Translations under genes and position numbers: made by a program | Notes under the pieces: generated by a model | Told to the model about the DNA's origin: nothing | Databases searched by the model: none | The model's input: only the letters and a program-made list of their open reading frames with translations | Shown here: one piece after another, positions 30,110 to 39,352 of the stretch | How the letters are laid out: the number at the start of each line of letters is the position of its first letter | Position numbering within the stretch: the stretch's first letter is position 1 | DNA from: Gemmatimonadota bacterium | GTDB taxonomy: Bacteria; Gemmatimonadota; Gemmatimonadetes; Palauibacterales; Palauibacteraceae | Reading direction: 5' to 3' | DNA length: 64,000 nt | Assembly: GCA_036679495.1 (NCBI GenBank) | Contig: JAZDDE010000304.1 | Location: 6,674 to 70,673 of the forward strand

Positions 30110-31711
30110 ATGCTTGCTAGTGGCTTTCGTCGGCCGGGTTTACGTTCCTGTTTTCTCTTGATTCCGGCGATCGCCCTAGGCGCGTTCGTCTTCTTGCCGG
30201 GTTCCCTCGAGCGACACTGGTTCAGCGATGACTACGGCCTAGTCTATGGGCTTGAGGGCAGACCGGTGCCGTCGATAAGTGAGGCGCTAAGGCAAGGCGG
30301 CGGTGGGAAGCTCTCGATTCATCGCCTCCTGTGCTATCCCTTCATCGGCTACGTCGGGGGAGCTCTCGGCCCGCATCTGGGCGGTCTACTGCAAGTTGGT
30401 CTTCACTTGTTGGTGGCCTGGCTTCTCGGTCTCTTGTTGTTGAGGCTCGATTGGCCGCCGGCCAGCTCTGCTCTCGCGGTGGCTCTGTTCGCTGTCTCGC
30501 CTTGGAGTACGCAGCCGGTGGTCTGGTGGTCTGCGGTATGCACCGTCGTCTCCACGGTTCTGCTCATGTGCGCCGCTCACGCCTACGTGAGCTGGTCTAT
30601 GAGCGAGCGCAGGAGCTGGTGGTGGCTGGCGAGCGCGCTGCTGTGCATGCAGGTAGCACTGACTTTCTACGAGTTATGGCTAGCCGCCTATCCTCTCTTC
30701 GTGGGCTTGGAACTCTACCGCCGCCGCGGATATCGGGCCGACCAGAAGGCGGCCTGGCGAAATGACACTTGGGCCGCCTTGGCGCACTCCTCCATCATGT
30801 TGATTCCGTCTCTGGTCTACGTGACCTTTTTCGTCCTTGTCGGTCACGGGGCCACCCACAGTCCGAGCTTCAGTCTCTCTCGGGTGCCGGTCGTACTCCT
30901 CTCGATTCATCTGCGCGTCTACCACTGGTTCGCGGACACGCCGTGGGTCCTGGCTCTGGACAAGGGGCTGACGACCCTCAGATCCGGGCCCGGAGCGTCG
31001 GTGCTCCTTGCACTGATCTTGGTCTCTGTGTTGATCTTGCGCCAGAGGCAAAGAGTCAACCGATCATTGGCCTCCGCGAACGCGACGATTCCCGTTGCCG
31101 CGGCGATGCTTCTTTCCTGGGGGTGGTTTCTGGGTTCTCGTCTCGTTTTCCTTGCTCAGGCAGGCGTAGCCACCCATACACGTCACAACTACGGCGCGGC
31201 CATCGCGGCAGCTATCGCGTTTGCCGCGTTGCACAACTACGCGAGCCACTTCGTCCGGAGCGGGCCACTTGGCAGAGGACTGTTGTCTACGAGTTCGATT
31301 TTGGTGCTGGGCGTTCTCTCGCTGACTACAATGGGCATTGCCCAGGAGAGCGAGCGCAACTCCAGGGCCGAGCAGGACACCTTCGAGCAGGTTCTCCCAG
31401 CGGCGTTGTCCGGGGACGTAGGCAGCACCGTCCTTGTTGTTGGGACCCCGAACCCGCGGCGAACCGAGCTGGCCTACTACTCTGAGGAGCAGGGGGTCTG
31501 GCTCAACTACCGTCTCAAGAAGGCGGCGCCGGGTACTAGTGCCTATGTGCTAGACGACGTGACGCGAGATGGAGACCGGTGGGTTTTCACGACAACCAGG
31601 CGTCGTGACAGCAGCGCAGGGCAGAACAGGATACAGCTGCCACTGGAAAAGACCTTGATCTTCCGCTGGGTAGACGGCCGTCTCGAGCGAGACCAATCCA
31701 GCGCCAACTAA
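30110..31711 (+). CDS. polytopic membrane protein with a C-terminal soluble domain (possible GT-C-like glycosyltransferase or polymerase, unassigned)
   Basis: About 11 TM helices and 533 aa. No MOP/Wzx signature. Confidence 0.4.
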   Translation: MLASGFRRPGLRSCFLLIPAIALGAFVFLPGSLERHWFSDDYGLVYGLEGRPVPSISEALRQGGGGKLSIHRLLCYPFIGYVGGALGPHLGGLLQVGLHLLVAWLLGLLLLRLDWPPASSALAVALFAVSPWSTQPVVWWSAVCTVVSTVLLMCAAHAYVSWSMSERRSWWWLASALLCMQVALTFYELWLAAYPLFVGLELYRRRGYRADQKAAWRNDTWAALAHSSIMLIPSLVYVTFFVLVGHGATHSPSFSLSRVPVVLLSIHLRVYHWFADTPWVLALDKGLTTLRSGPGASVLLALILVSVLILRQRQRVNRSLASANATIPVAAAMLLSWGWFLGSRLVFLAQAGVATHTRHNYGAAIAAAIAFAALHNYASHFVRSGPLGRGLLSTSSILVLGVLSLTTMGIAQESERNSRAEQDTFEQVLPAALSGDVGSTVLVVGTPNPRRTELAYYSEEQGVWLNYRLKKAAPGTSAYVLDDVTRDGDRWVFTTTRRRDSSAGQNRIQLPLEKTLIFRWVDGRLERDQSSAN

Positions 31712-31835
31712 CTCCGCTCGACGCGCGCGGAGCAGGCACGACCTGCCGATTGCGATTCAGGGGCAAGCCTCAACGCCATCCGGAGGAGAGGTGAAGCCGA
31801 GTTGGCTACGAGGCTCGACTTCCCTCACCGGGATA

Positions 31836-32351
31836 TCAGCGATAGATGACGCGAACTGTTCGCTCTTTAGCGGTGATCTCTTCCGCCCCGACCGGAGGTA
31901 CGGCCAGCCCCCATTGAATCTCGATCGAATGGGGTCCAGGGTTCACCGGGTGATAGACCCAGGTCATGCAGCGGGTCTGGATGGCGGCCTCCAAGCTCGG
32001 AGATAGCACGACCGAGCCCGGATTGAGGATTACTTCGCCGCCTTGGACGCCCGCGTCAAGCACGGCCTGGACCTTCACACCGGAGAGCGTGGAGCTGCTT
32101 AGCTCGGAGCAGAAAGTGACCTCGACAATGCTCCGCTTAGCCAGACCGAAGCTCACCTTGCTGTTTTCAAGCCTAGTGGGTATGTCCGAGTCGTAGGTGG
32201 TCACTTCGTTCGTAGCCTTGAAACCGATGTGGCCGATCTCCTTGCCGGTGAACGAGATGACCTCGGCGAACGCTATCGAAGGCGCGAGGAGCGCCATTAT
32301 GAGGAACGCAGTGGGAAGGCTGCGGCTACCGATTCGTGCTCTTGTGATCAT
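31836..32351 (-). CDS. small secreted hypothetical protein (171 aa) in a lower-GC islet
   Basis: Start chosen at the ATG preceded by GGAGGAG 6 nt upstream. Signal peptide MITRARIGSRSLPTAFLIMALLAPSIAFA. The local sequence is visibly AT-richer than its surroundings. Confidence 0.5.
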   Translation of the reverse strand: MITRARIGSRSLPTAFLIMALLAPSIAFAEVISFTGKEIGHIGFKATNEVTTYDSDIPTRLENSKVSFGLAKRSIVEVTFCSELSSSTLSGVKVQAVLDAGVQGGEVILNPGSVVLSPSLEAAIQTRCMTWVYHPVNPGPHSIEIQWGLAVPPVGAEEITAKERTVRVIYR

Positions 32352-32498
32352 GTGTCTCTCCTCCACGGGATATTTCAAAGTCATCAGCTGTATACGAGCG
32401 AGGTCAAACCGATGTTGACCGATCCATCTCGCTGCAAGATATACGCCAGAACAAGAAGCTAGCGGCCGAATGCCTCGGACTGTTGATATTACACAAGA

Positions 32499-32517
32499 AC
32501 TGACACATACTGTCAGT
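32499..32517. promoter_or_regulatory. 7-5-7 palindrome actgaca-catac-tgtcagt in the AT-rich region upstream of the secreted-protein gene (candidate operator)
   Basis: Read directly. Confidence 0.3.
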
Positions 32518-32535
32518 CTGGCTAACAAGGGGTGG

Positions 32536-32660
32536 CTCATGAAGACAATCCGAGCCGGGAATAACAGTCCAATGCGTGCTCGACCCCTCGGTTCCAGCTG
32601 AAGCACGCCGCGGTAGGCGCCCGCGTTTACTCGATGTGCCTCAGACGCAAGATCACGACG
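32536..32660 (-). pseudogene. relic 3' end of a GT4 glycosyltransferase gene (about 40 codons with an internal stop)
   Basis: Minus-strand translation gives LRHIE*TRAPTAACFSWNRGVEHALDCYSRLGLSS*. The intact GT4 (33718..34860) ends FLRHELVFSAAECSSFAACFGWNRVVDHTLECYSRLA*. The nucleotide segments 32576-32613 and 33745-33782 match at 34 of 38 positions. Confidence 0.5.
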
Positions 32661-32674
32661 CTGCGAGAGATATC

Positions 32675-33703
32675 TCAGGTCTGACGCTCGAAACCGAGTG
32701 AGACAAAGAGAGGCTGCAGTCGGTCTTCAATTAGCTTCGCCTCTTCGGGTTCGACGTAGTCGTCCCACCGTACGGTGCTCGGTGCGACGCTGTCCCAGGC
32801 TCGCTTTTTACTACCCGAAACAAGGCGCGGCAACATCGCGTCCGGCTTGAAAGGCTCCCCGACGAAATCGCAGGCGGTCCTCAACACTGGTCGCGGGTCG
32901 ACGGCGAAATCCTCGTAACGAACCCTCATGAAACGGCTCGGATTCTTGCGGCCAAAGCGCAGGGCCTGTTTCACGCGATCCCGGTACGATCGGCAAAACT
33001 CCTCCGGCGACACCGAGAGCCATCGGAGCTTCGACTCGGGCGATCCGAGAGCGCGACCTTGCTGCAGACGCTTGCGATAGGAGCTGTACACGTTCACCGG
33101 ATGCCTGTAGACGAAGAACACCGAGGCGTCGGTAAACGACGCCCATATCTCGGGAATCTTGAGGGAGTGATCGGGTGTCTTCTCTAGCATCCTGTGCGCT
33201 CCGCGCGCCCGAGCGGAGTAGTAGAAGAACAGGCGAGCCGCGTGATGGTGCCCGCGCGCCTGCCACGATAGCCTACGAACGGCGAAGTTGCCGGACGAAG
33301 ATAGCCGTTCTGCAAGCTTTCGAACAACCGTCGACGCCGCTGGTACTTGACTAAGCGTTTCCACAAAGTCTGTGATCGCCGTCTCGTTGAAGCCCATGAA
33401 CTTGGCCTGCCGATTGCCTTGCTTCGGCTCGATCCGCGCAAGCGCTTCCGGGGCAGTAAATGCTTGCGACTCCAAGGCATAGGAGCCTAGCGGCAGAGTA
33501 CGGACCCGAAATGTCGGATGCCGCTCGATGCAATGAAAGAAGACCGTCGTACCAGAGCGCGGGACGCCAGTGACAAAGACAGGTCGCGAGCCTGCCTGCT
33601 GCCGGGAGATCTCGGATGCGAGCGCCGGCCGGCAACCATCGATCGAGTCAATCACCTTGCTACTAGGAGTGCCGGACGGGTATGACGTGCGGTCAGACCT
33701 CAT
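32675..33703 (-). CDS. sulfotransferase (Sulfotransfer_3/Stf0-like)
   Basis: 5'-PSB VFVTGVPRSGTTVF and 3'-PB FFVYRHPVNVYSSY. Start at the ATG at 33703, which avoids overlap with the GT4 gene. Confidence 0.75.
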   Translation of the reverse strand: MRSDRTSYPSGTPSSKVIDSIDGCRPALASEISRQQAGSRPVFVTGVPRSGTTVFFHCIERHPTFRVRTLPLGSYALESQAFTAPEALARIEPKQGNRQAKFMGFNETAITDFVETLSQVPAASTVVRKLAERLSSSGNFAVRRLSWQARGHHHAARLFFYYSARARGAHRMLEKTPDHSLKIPEIWASFTDASVFFVYRHPVNVYSSYRKRLQQGRALGSPESKLRWLSVSPEEFCRSYRDRVKQALRFGRKNPSRFMRVRYEDFAVDPRPVLRTACDFVGEPFKPDAMLPRLVSGSKKRAWDSVAPSTVRWDDYVEPEEAKLIEDRLQPLFVSLGFERQT

Positions 33704-33717
33704 GGGCAAAGAGTAGC

Positions 33718-34860
33718 CTAGGCGAGCCTGGAATAGCATTCTAGGGTGTGATCGACCACTCGGTTCCAGCCGAAACACGCCGCGAAGCTGCTGCACTCGG
33801 CGGCCGAGAACACCAGCTCATGGCGAAGGAACCTGGTTAGGGCCTGCTGGATCTCGTCGACGGTCGGTTGTGCGACAAGAATCCCACTGACTCCAGGCTC
33901 GATCGCCTCGCGAGCTCCGCCCTGATTCGCTGCCAGGACCGGCGTGCCGCAGGCGTTCGCTTCGAGATAGACGATGCCGAAGCCCTCAACTGATGCTTCG
34001 GAACACGAGGCGGGCAACAAGAACAGGTCGCTCGAACCATAGAGTTCGACCAGAGCTTCGTCAGGCACCCGCCCGAGAAAACGCACCCGGTCGGCCAGCC
34101 CTAGCTCTTCAGCCAGACGCTCCAGAGACGGTCGTAGGTGGCCCTCGCCGGCGATCCGGTAGATGAACTGATGATCGGCCTGCAATGGCGCCAGCGCGCG
34201 AAGTACCTGATCAACGTTCTTCCGCGGCTCCGAGAGGCGGGCGACGGTGAGCAGCTGCGCGGGTCCATCGCGGGGCCTTTCGGGTCGAGAAGACTCGAGA
34301 AAGCGAGTGGCGACGCCGACGTAGCCGACTGAGGTTCGATCAGACGGAACGCGAAACCTTTCCAGCAGGAGGTTGCGGGTGAACTCGCTATTGCTGATTG
34401 CATGTCCCAGACGTGGGATGGCCCGCTGCATGAGGCGCTTCGTCCGCCAGCGCGAGAGGAGAAGGTCGAGGCGGGAACTCCAGGGCAATCCGTAGCGGTC
34501 GCCCAAGGCCAGGGGAGCGATCGCGTTGGGCTGCAGAAGATCGTTACCGTGTGCCGAAAGGACGACTGGACTCGCTGCGAGGGCCACCCAAGAGTAAGCC
34601 GCATTGAGGACGTGCCAAAGGTCGAAGTCTGGGGCGCGATCGCGAACCAGCTGCCGATCGTCGGACCAACTCGCCGCCAGAACCGGTTCGACCCGTGGGT
34701 CGGGCGATGGCTGGGAACCCCGTTTGGTGAACACGGTGACCGCCACCCCTCGCTCGCAGAGCCCGCGGAACAGCTCGTCGGCGTAGGTCTGCATGCCACC
34801 GATCTCCGGAGGAAACTCGGGCGCCACAAGGGCGACTCGAAACGCCCTGGGGCTCGTCAT
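33718..34860 (-). CDS. glycosyltransferase, GT4 family
   Basis: FRVALVAPEFPPEIGGMQTY N-terminus and LLPASCSEASVEGFGIVYLEANACGTPVL motif. Confidence 0.8.
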   Translation of the reverse strand: MTSPRAFRVALVAPEFPPEIGGMQTYADELFRGLCERGVAVTVFTKRGSQPSPDPRVEPVLAASWSDDRQLVRDRAPDFDLWHVLNAAYSWVALAASPVVLSAHGNDLLQPNAIAPLALGDRYGLPWSSRLDLLLSRWRTKRLMQRAIPRLGHAISNSEFTRNLLLERFRVPSDRTSVGYVGVATRFLESSRPERPRDGPAQLLTVARLSEPRKNVDQVLRALAPLQADHQFIYRIAGEGHLRPSLERLAEELGLADRVRFLGRVPDEALVELYGSSDLFLLPASCSEASVEGFGIVYLEANACGTPVLAANQGGAREAIEPGVSGILVAQPTVDEIQQALTRFLRHELVFSAAECSSFAACFGWNRVVDHTLECYSRLA

Positions 34861-34933
34861 GTTCGCGTAGGCTCCGCGCTGCGGGCCCGCTGGGCTTCCG
34901 AAGAGTTGGAAACATAGGGAACGAGGAGTCTCC

Positions 34934-35857
34934 TCATGAGGCCACAGGCGGTCTGAGGTTCTCGCGGCCTATACCCTGGCGCACGAGTTGCCTAATCCCC
35001 TCGCTGTACAGACGGTGCCGGATCGGGCCGGTGTAGTGGCGGCAGGAGTGCTGCTCAACCCAAGGCCCAGTGTGGACATCGTATTCTGTCGGCAGGAACT
35101 CGAAGCCGGCAGCGCAGCAACACAGGCCGATGAGGGTCTGCTCGATCCTGTGGTGGTGGCTCATGATCCCCGGCAAGGCGAGAAAGGACTCCAGGCGGTC
35201 GAAATCCATCGTGCGGCGGTGAATCAACCCGAGCCCCGAGTTGATGTTCTCGACGAAGTCGAACGAGAGGCCCTCGCGCGCCGTGTCCATGGAGATGCTG
35301 TAGCCATAGCGCCAGTCCCTATTCAGCGTGTTCAACTCGTAGCGCGGGTCCTCGATTCGATCGATGAGCGCCTGCGGCCGAGAGAAGAACAGGACATCGC
35401 TGTCGAGCAGAAGCATCCGCTCGCCGGTCAAGAACGCGGCGAAGTCGAAGACTTTGAGCGCCAAGGGGTTGGTGTTGCGAAAGCTCTGAGCGCGGGGGTA
35501 AGGCTTCAAGAGAGGCGCGAGCCGGGAATCCGCATCGGACCGAGCAACGATCCGAGCGTGTGTGCAGTGTTCAGCAAGGATGTCGAGCGTCGAGTCATCC
35601 AGTGAGCCATCGTCGTGAATGCAGAGTCGATAGGCTCGACCGCTGTAGCGGTAGAAGGATTTTAGTACCCACAAGAGATTCAACCAATCCCTACTCGAGG
35701 TCAAGACGTGGATCTCGCAGCCGTCGTCATCGGCGGGGGCGATCGCCGGCATGGCCAGGATCCGGTGTCGAACCACGTCGCGATAATAGGCGGCCCGAAG
35801 CCCGTCCCCGTACTTCTGACGGATTCGCAGATAGAGCGCCCCCGGCGTCAGCCTCAT
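34934..35857 (-). CDS. putative glycosyltransferase (GT-A-like, DxD motif LLDSDVLFF)
   Basis: Soluble ~300-aa protein with a CIHDDGS...D block and a DSD motif. Family unassigned. Confidence 0.4.
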   Translation of the reverse strand: MRLTPGALYLRIRQKYGDGLRAAYYRDVVRHRILAMPAIAPADDDGCEIHVLTSSRDWLNLLWVLKSFYRYSGRAYRLCIHDDGSLDDSTLDILAEHCTHARIVARSDADSRLAPLLKPYPRAQSFRNTNPLALKVFDFAAFLTGERMLLLDSDVLFFSRPQALIDRIEDPRYELNTLNRDWRYGYSISMDTAREGLSFDFVENINSGLGLIHRRTMDFDRLESFLALPGIMSHHHRIEQTLIGLCCCAAGFEFLPTEYDVHTGPWVEQHSCRHYTGPIRHRLYSEGIRQLVRQGIGRENLRPPVAS

Positions 35858-36696
35858 GAACCCTCGGTCCCGAGATTCCAGAGAGTCTCCGGCTTTCCGT
35901 AAAAGCGCAGGAAGGTTCGCGAGTCCTCGAGAACTCGGCTACCGACCTCCTCCCTCAGCTCGGAGCTCCACACAGGACGTCCTTGAATCCTTCTCGTCAG
36001 GAGAGGCCTGGCCGCCGTTTTGAGCCAGGTTGGCGCCAGTGTGCCGAGAGCACGAAGTGATTGCGAACGCCGTGCCGCCCGCAACGCTCCGCGTTCGACC
36101 ATCCTTCCCTCAGACTCGTTGCGCACAGAGTCGAACTGGGAAGGAGAGGCCGCAACGTCCACTCCTAGGAACCGGAGGCAATCGCTGACGGTTCGCGCTG
36201 GATCCCGGCGCATCTCTTCCAGGAAGAGGACGAGGATTCGATCGTCTGGGAAGTGGGATCGATAGGTTTGAATCTGGAGCCAGTAGCAGCTCGTCTCGAT
36301 CCATTGGGGGTGCTGTCCCAGAGCCTTTTCGAACGAGAGAGCCTGCCTGCCCCAGCGTCGATAGTGGAGCCAGTGGGACTCCAAGCGCTCAAAAGGGTCG
36401 CGAACGATGTAAATCAGTTTGGCCCCCGGCAAGTCGGCGTAGATCCGACTGGCAGTCTGGGGGAAGATAGTGGCCTTCGAGTACCGCGTCGACGCTTCGC
36501 CGATCGCAATCGCGTCGCCAGCCTGCGCATAGTGCGCTCTGTACCAGTTGGGACCTTTGGCGTAGTTGCGATCGTCGTTGAAATAGTTCGGCTCTTTCGG
36601 CGTGCTCAGGAAAACTTGGGGGTGCTTGCTCAACGACGAGGCTAGAAAGGTGGTGCCGCATCGCATCGCTCCCAAGATGAGGAAATTGGGCTTCAT
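35854..36696 (-). CDS. sulfotransferase (Sulfotransfer_1-like)
   Basis: 5'-PSB FLILGAMRCGTTFL and 3'-PB IYIVRDPFERLES. ATGA coupling with the upstream gene. Confidence 0.8.
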   Translation of the reverse strand: MKPNFLILGAMRCGTTFLASSLSKHPQVFLSTPKEPNYFNDDRNYAKGPNWYRAHYAQAGDAIAIGEASTRYSKATIFPQTASRIYADLPGAKLIYIVRDPFERLESHWLHYRRWGRQALSFEKALGQHPQWIETSCYWLQIQTYRSHFPDDRILVLFLEEMRRDPARTVSDCLRFLGVDVAASPSQFDSVRNESEGRMVERGALRAARRSQSLRALGTLAPTWLKTAARPLLTRRIQGRPVWSSELREEVGSRVLEDSRTFLRFYGKPETLWNLGTEGS

Positions 36697-37922
36697 TGGC
36701 GCATCCCGCGGGCTAGAGCTAGGAGCTTCGTCAATGGCTGCAGGACGCCGCGGAGCCGGCCCTTGATCCTCACCAGCAGCTGAAAGGCCCTTCCGCTCCG
36801 CCCGATCCCCTTCTTTAAACGCCATCTTATGAAGGCGCGGTGGAGCCGGCGAGCGCTTTTGCTCCGCTGAGGCAGCGTCCGATAGTACCTGTTGTAGAAG
36901 CGCAGCGCGGCGTTGAAGGCTTCGAGCCGTTCGGGCGAGCGATCGATGCGTCCGGTGATGGCGTCCGTGGTGTTGAACGCGAAGACATCGAGCGGTTGAA
37001 GCTCCATCAGCACCTGGTTCTGGAGGCGCGAGAGAAGGGCTTCGGTCGTCGACTCGAGTGCCGCTGCCTCGAGCGCGGGGGCCATAACCTCGAGGGGTAC
37101 TCTGAAGAGGAAAGGATTGTGGAGATTGCGCAGGGTCTGATAGCCGGGGCTTGCCGAATAGGTAAGGGCCCGGCTCATGCTGCCAAAGTCCACGGCTCGG
37201 ATGCCGATCTCCGAAGCGAGTTCGTAGCAGAGGATCTTGGCTCCGGTGGCGAGAGACAGGAGGAGAAGGTCCGCGCCGAAGTCCTCCATATCGCGCTTGA
37301 GGTCATCCTTGATCAGGTCAAGGTTCTCGGAGTAGTTGCGGCCGTTCTCTCTGATTTGGTGGAAACGGAAGTTGGCGGCTTCGGGTAGGAAAGCGGAAGC
37401 CGCAGAGCGGTATCGGGGTTCTGTCCACAAACTCTCCAGAAGCGATGCCTCGGCACTGGCGAAGATCGTGCGACATCGCCCGAGAAGAGCATGCAACTCA
37501 TAGTAGGTCCATTCGAAGAGGATGTTGGACGTTCGCGGCGAAGAGTTCCTCGCCAAGTGATCAGGGCGGCGAAACCTGAGGCGTGGTAGGTGCTCCCGCA
37601 CTTTGGGAATGCTGTCGCAATAGTCCAGATAGTCGCCGCGCTCCAGTGCCGCAACGAAGCGGTCGTAGTGACGTAGCTCGAGTCCCGACGTGCTGGCCGC
37701 TCTCTCCACGGTGGAGGCTTCATTGGCGAAGTATCGGTACTTCGGAGGCGGTTTTCCGTCCTGAGCGTGCAGCAACCACCATGTCTCGCCGTCCCCCAGG
37801 CGGATGAAGGAGAATGCCGGGTTCGCGTCCAGCAGCCCAGCGAGCCCGCTAGCGGCTGCGCGCCGCTCGGCCGCTCTCCCAGGCTCACAGCTGGTCTTGT
37901 CGCTGTAGGTACCGGATGCCAT
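36693..37922 (-). CDS. hypothetical protein, possibly a GT-D/DUF1792-type glycosyltransferase
   Basis: The motif FIRLGDGE near the N-terminus resembles the DUF1792 (GT-D) signature. No other assignable domain, and the start is uncertain. Confidence 0.3.
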   Translation of the reverse strand: MASGTYSDKTSCEPGRAAERRAAASGLAGLLDANPAFSFIRLGDGETWWLLHAQDGKPPPKYRYFANEASTVERAASTSGLELRHYDRFVAALERGDYLDYCDSIPKVREHLPRLRFRRPDHLARNSSPRTSNILFEWTYYELHALLGRCRTIFASAEASLLESLWTEPRYRSAASAFLPEAANFRFHQIRENGRNYSENLDLIKDDLKRDMEDFGADLLLLSLATGAKILCYELASEIGIRAVDFGSMSRALTYSASPGYQTLRNLHNPFLFRVPLEVMAPALEAAALESTTEALLSRLQNQVLMELQPLDVFAFNTTDAITGRIDRSPERLEAFNAALRFYNRYYRTLPQRSKSARRLHRAFIRWRLKKGIGRSGRAFQLLVRIKGRLRGVLQPLTKLLALARGMRQ

Positions 37923-37981
37923 TGGAGCCAACTTGCCAGCTTGGGTAGGAATGCTCGAGGCCTCGGTCGCGTGCGAACGGC

Positions 37982-39352
37982 TCAGAGCTCTCGCAGGTCT
38001 CCGACCTCGCAGGCGCACCGGGCGACCTTCTTGATCGCAGCTGCGCACTGGCGGATGAAGCGGTCGCTAACGCGGGTAAGGGCCGGAATGCTGACGAGCT
38101 GTTCGGCTAGTTCTTCGGCTACCGGGAAGGGGCCGAATCTGCGACTCTCATTCGAGTTGCCGCCCAGATAGCCGCCGAGTTGCGAAAAGTCGAGGTCGGT
38201 GAACAGAGGCGACTCGTGAAGGAGCCTGGCGTTGTCAGCGATTCGGGTGTATCGATCGGCCGATATCGGGACTCCCTCGGCCTGCAGGGCGCGGACGAAG
38301 GCCGCCCGGTTCCAACCTCCCGCGTGTCTAGGATGGTAAGTAAAGATGAACTCCAGCAGCCCACCGCGAGTCGCTTCTGGGTACGTAGAGATCGCCTGGA
38401 CGGCAGGGCAATCCCTCAAGAGTTCGGCCAGCAGCGCGTAGTTGCGGCGCCTCCGGCGGTTGAGCTCTGGCAAGCGTGAGAGAGCTCCGTTTGCCAGCAC
38501 CATGGCATAGAGATGGGGACGGTATTTCAGCCCTAGGGAGAACGGTCCGACATCGAACGACGCGGCCTGCTGGTGCCGCTGCGGTCGTCCGAAATGTCCG
38601 AGGACCAGCATCTTGTCGAAGAGCTTTGGGTCGTTCGTGGTCGCTATGCCTGCTTCGCCTCCCGAAACCGCCTTTGAGCCCTGCAAGCTAAAGCAGCCAA
38701 CGTCCCCCCACGAGCCGACAGGGCGACCTTGATAGGTGGCCCCTGGAGCGTGGGAGCAGTCTTCTATGAGCGCGAGCTTGTGGCGGTCCTTGATCTCTAC
38801 GAGCCGATCGAGGGCCGCGGGATTCCCCCACACGTGGACCGCGCAGATGGCCCGCGTGCGAGAGGTGATTCGTCGCTCGACGTCGTCCGGGTCTAGGGTC
38901 AGTGTCACCGGGTCGATGTCGCAGAAGACTGGATGGGCGCCACATTGAAGAATCGGCGTGGCGCTTGCCGGAAACGTGTAGGTCGGTACGATGACCTCGT
39001 GCTCAGGTTTGACCCCAACGGCAAAAAGCGCGCTATGAATCGCGGCGGTGCCGCTGTTCATGGCAAGCGCGTATCGCGTTCCCGCGCTCTTCGCAAAAGA
39101 TCGTTCGAGGCGCGAGACTGCGTTTGCGCCGCCGGTTGCAGTGTGTTGGTCTCTTAGCGCGAGCTTCAGGATCTCCCAGATCTCGGCTGCCCTAATCTGT
39201 CGCCAGCGGTCCGAGAACCTTGACCGCACGGCTGCTTGACCTCCAGCAATCGCCAGGCGAGAAGAGGGGTGGCTACGGCCTAGTCCGCTGACGCCTACGT
39301 TGGGGGCCTCAGAGCCTAGAGCCATCAGATCCTCCGAGGTAGTGTCAGGCAT
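37982..39352 (-). CDS. DegT/DnrJ/EryC1/StrS-family PLP-dependent sugar aminotransferase
   Basis: TYTFPASATPI, CAVHVWGNPA, IEDCSHAPGATYQGRPVG and the PLP-lysine context FSLQGSKAVSGGEAG. Confidence 0.8.
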   Translation of the reverse strand: MPDTTSEDLMALGSEAPNVGVSGLGRSHPSSRLAIAGGQAAVRSRFSDRWRQIRAAEIWEILKLALRDQHTATGGANAVSRLERSFAKSAGTRYALAMNSGTAAIHSALFAVGVKPEHEVIVPTYTFPASATPILQCGAHPVFCDIDPVTLTLDPDDVERRITSRTRAICAVHVWGNPAALDRLVEIKDRHKLALIEDCSHAPGATYQGRPVGSWGDVGCFSLQGSKAVSGGEAGIATTNDPKLFDKMLVLGHFGRPQRHQQAASFDVGPFSLGLKYRPHLYAMVLANGALSRLPELNRRRRRNYALLAELLRDCPAVQAISTYPEATRGGLLEFIFTYHPRHAGGWNRAAFVRALQAEGVPISADRYTRIADNARLLHESPLFTDLDFSQLGGYLGGNSNESRRFGPFPVAEELAEQLVSIPALTRVSDRFIRQCAAAIKKVARCACEVGDLREL

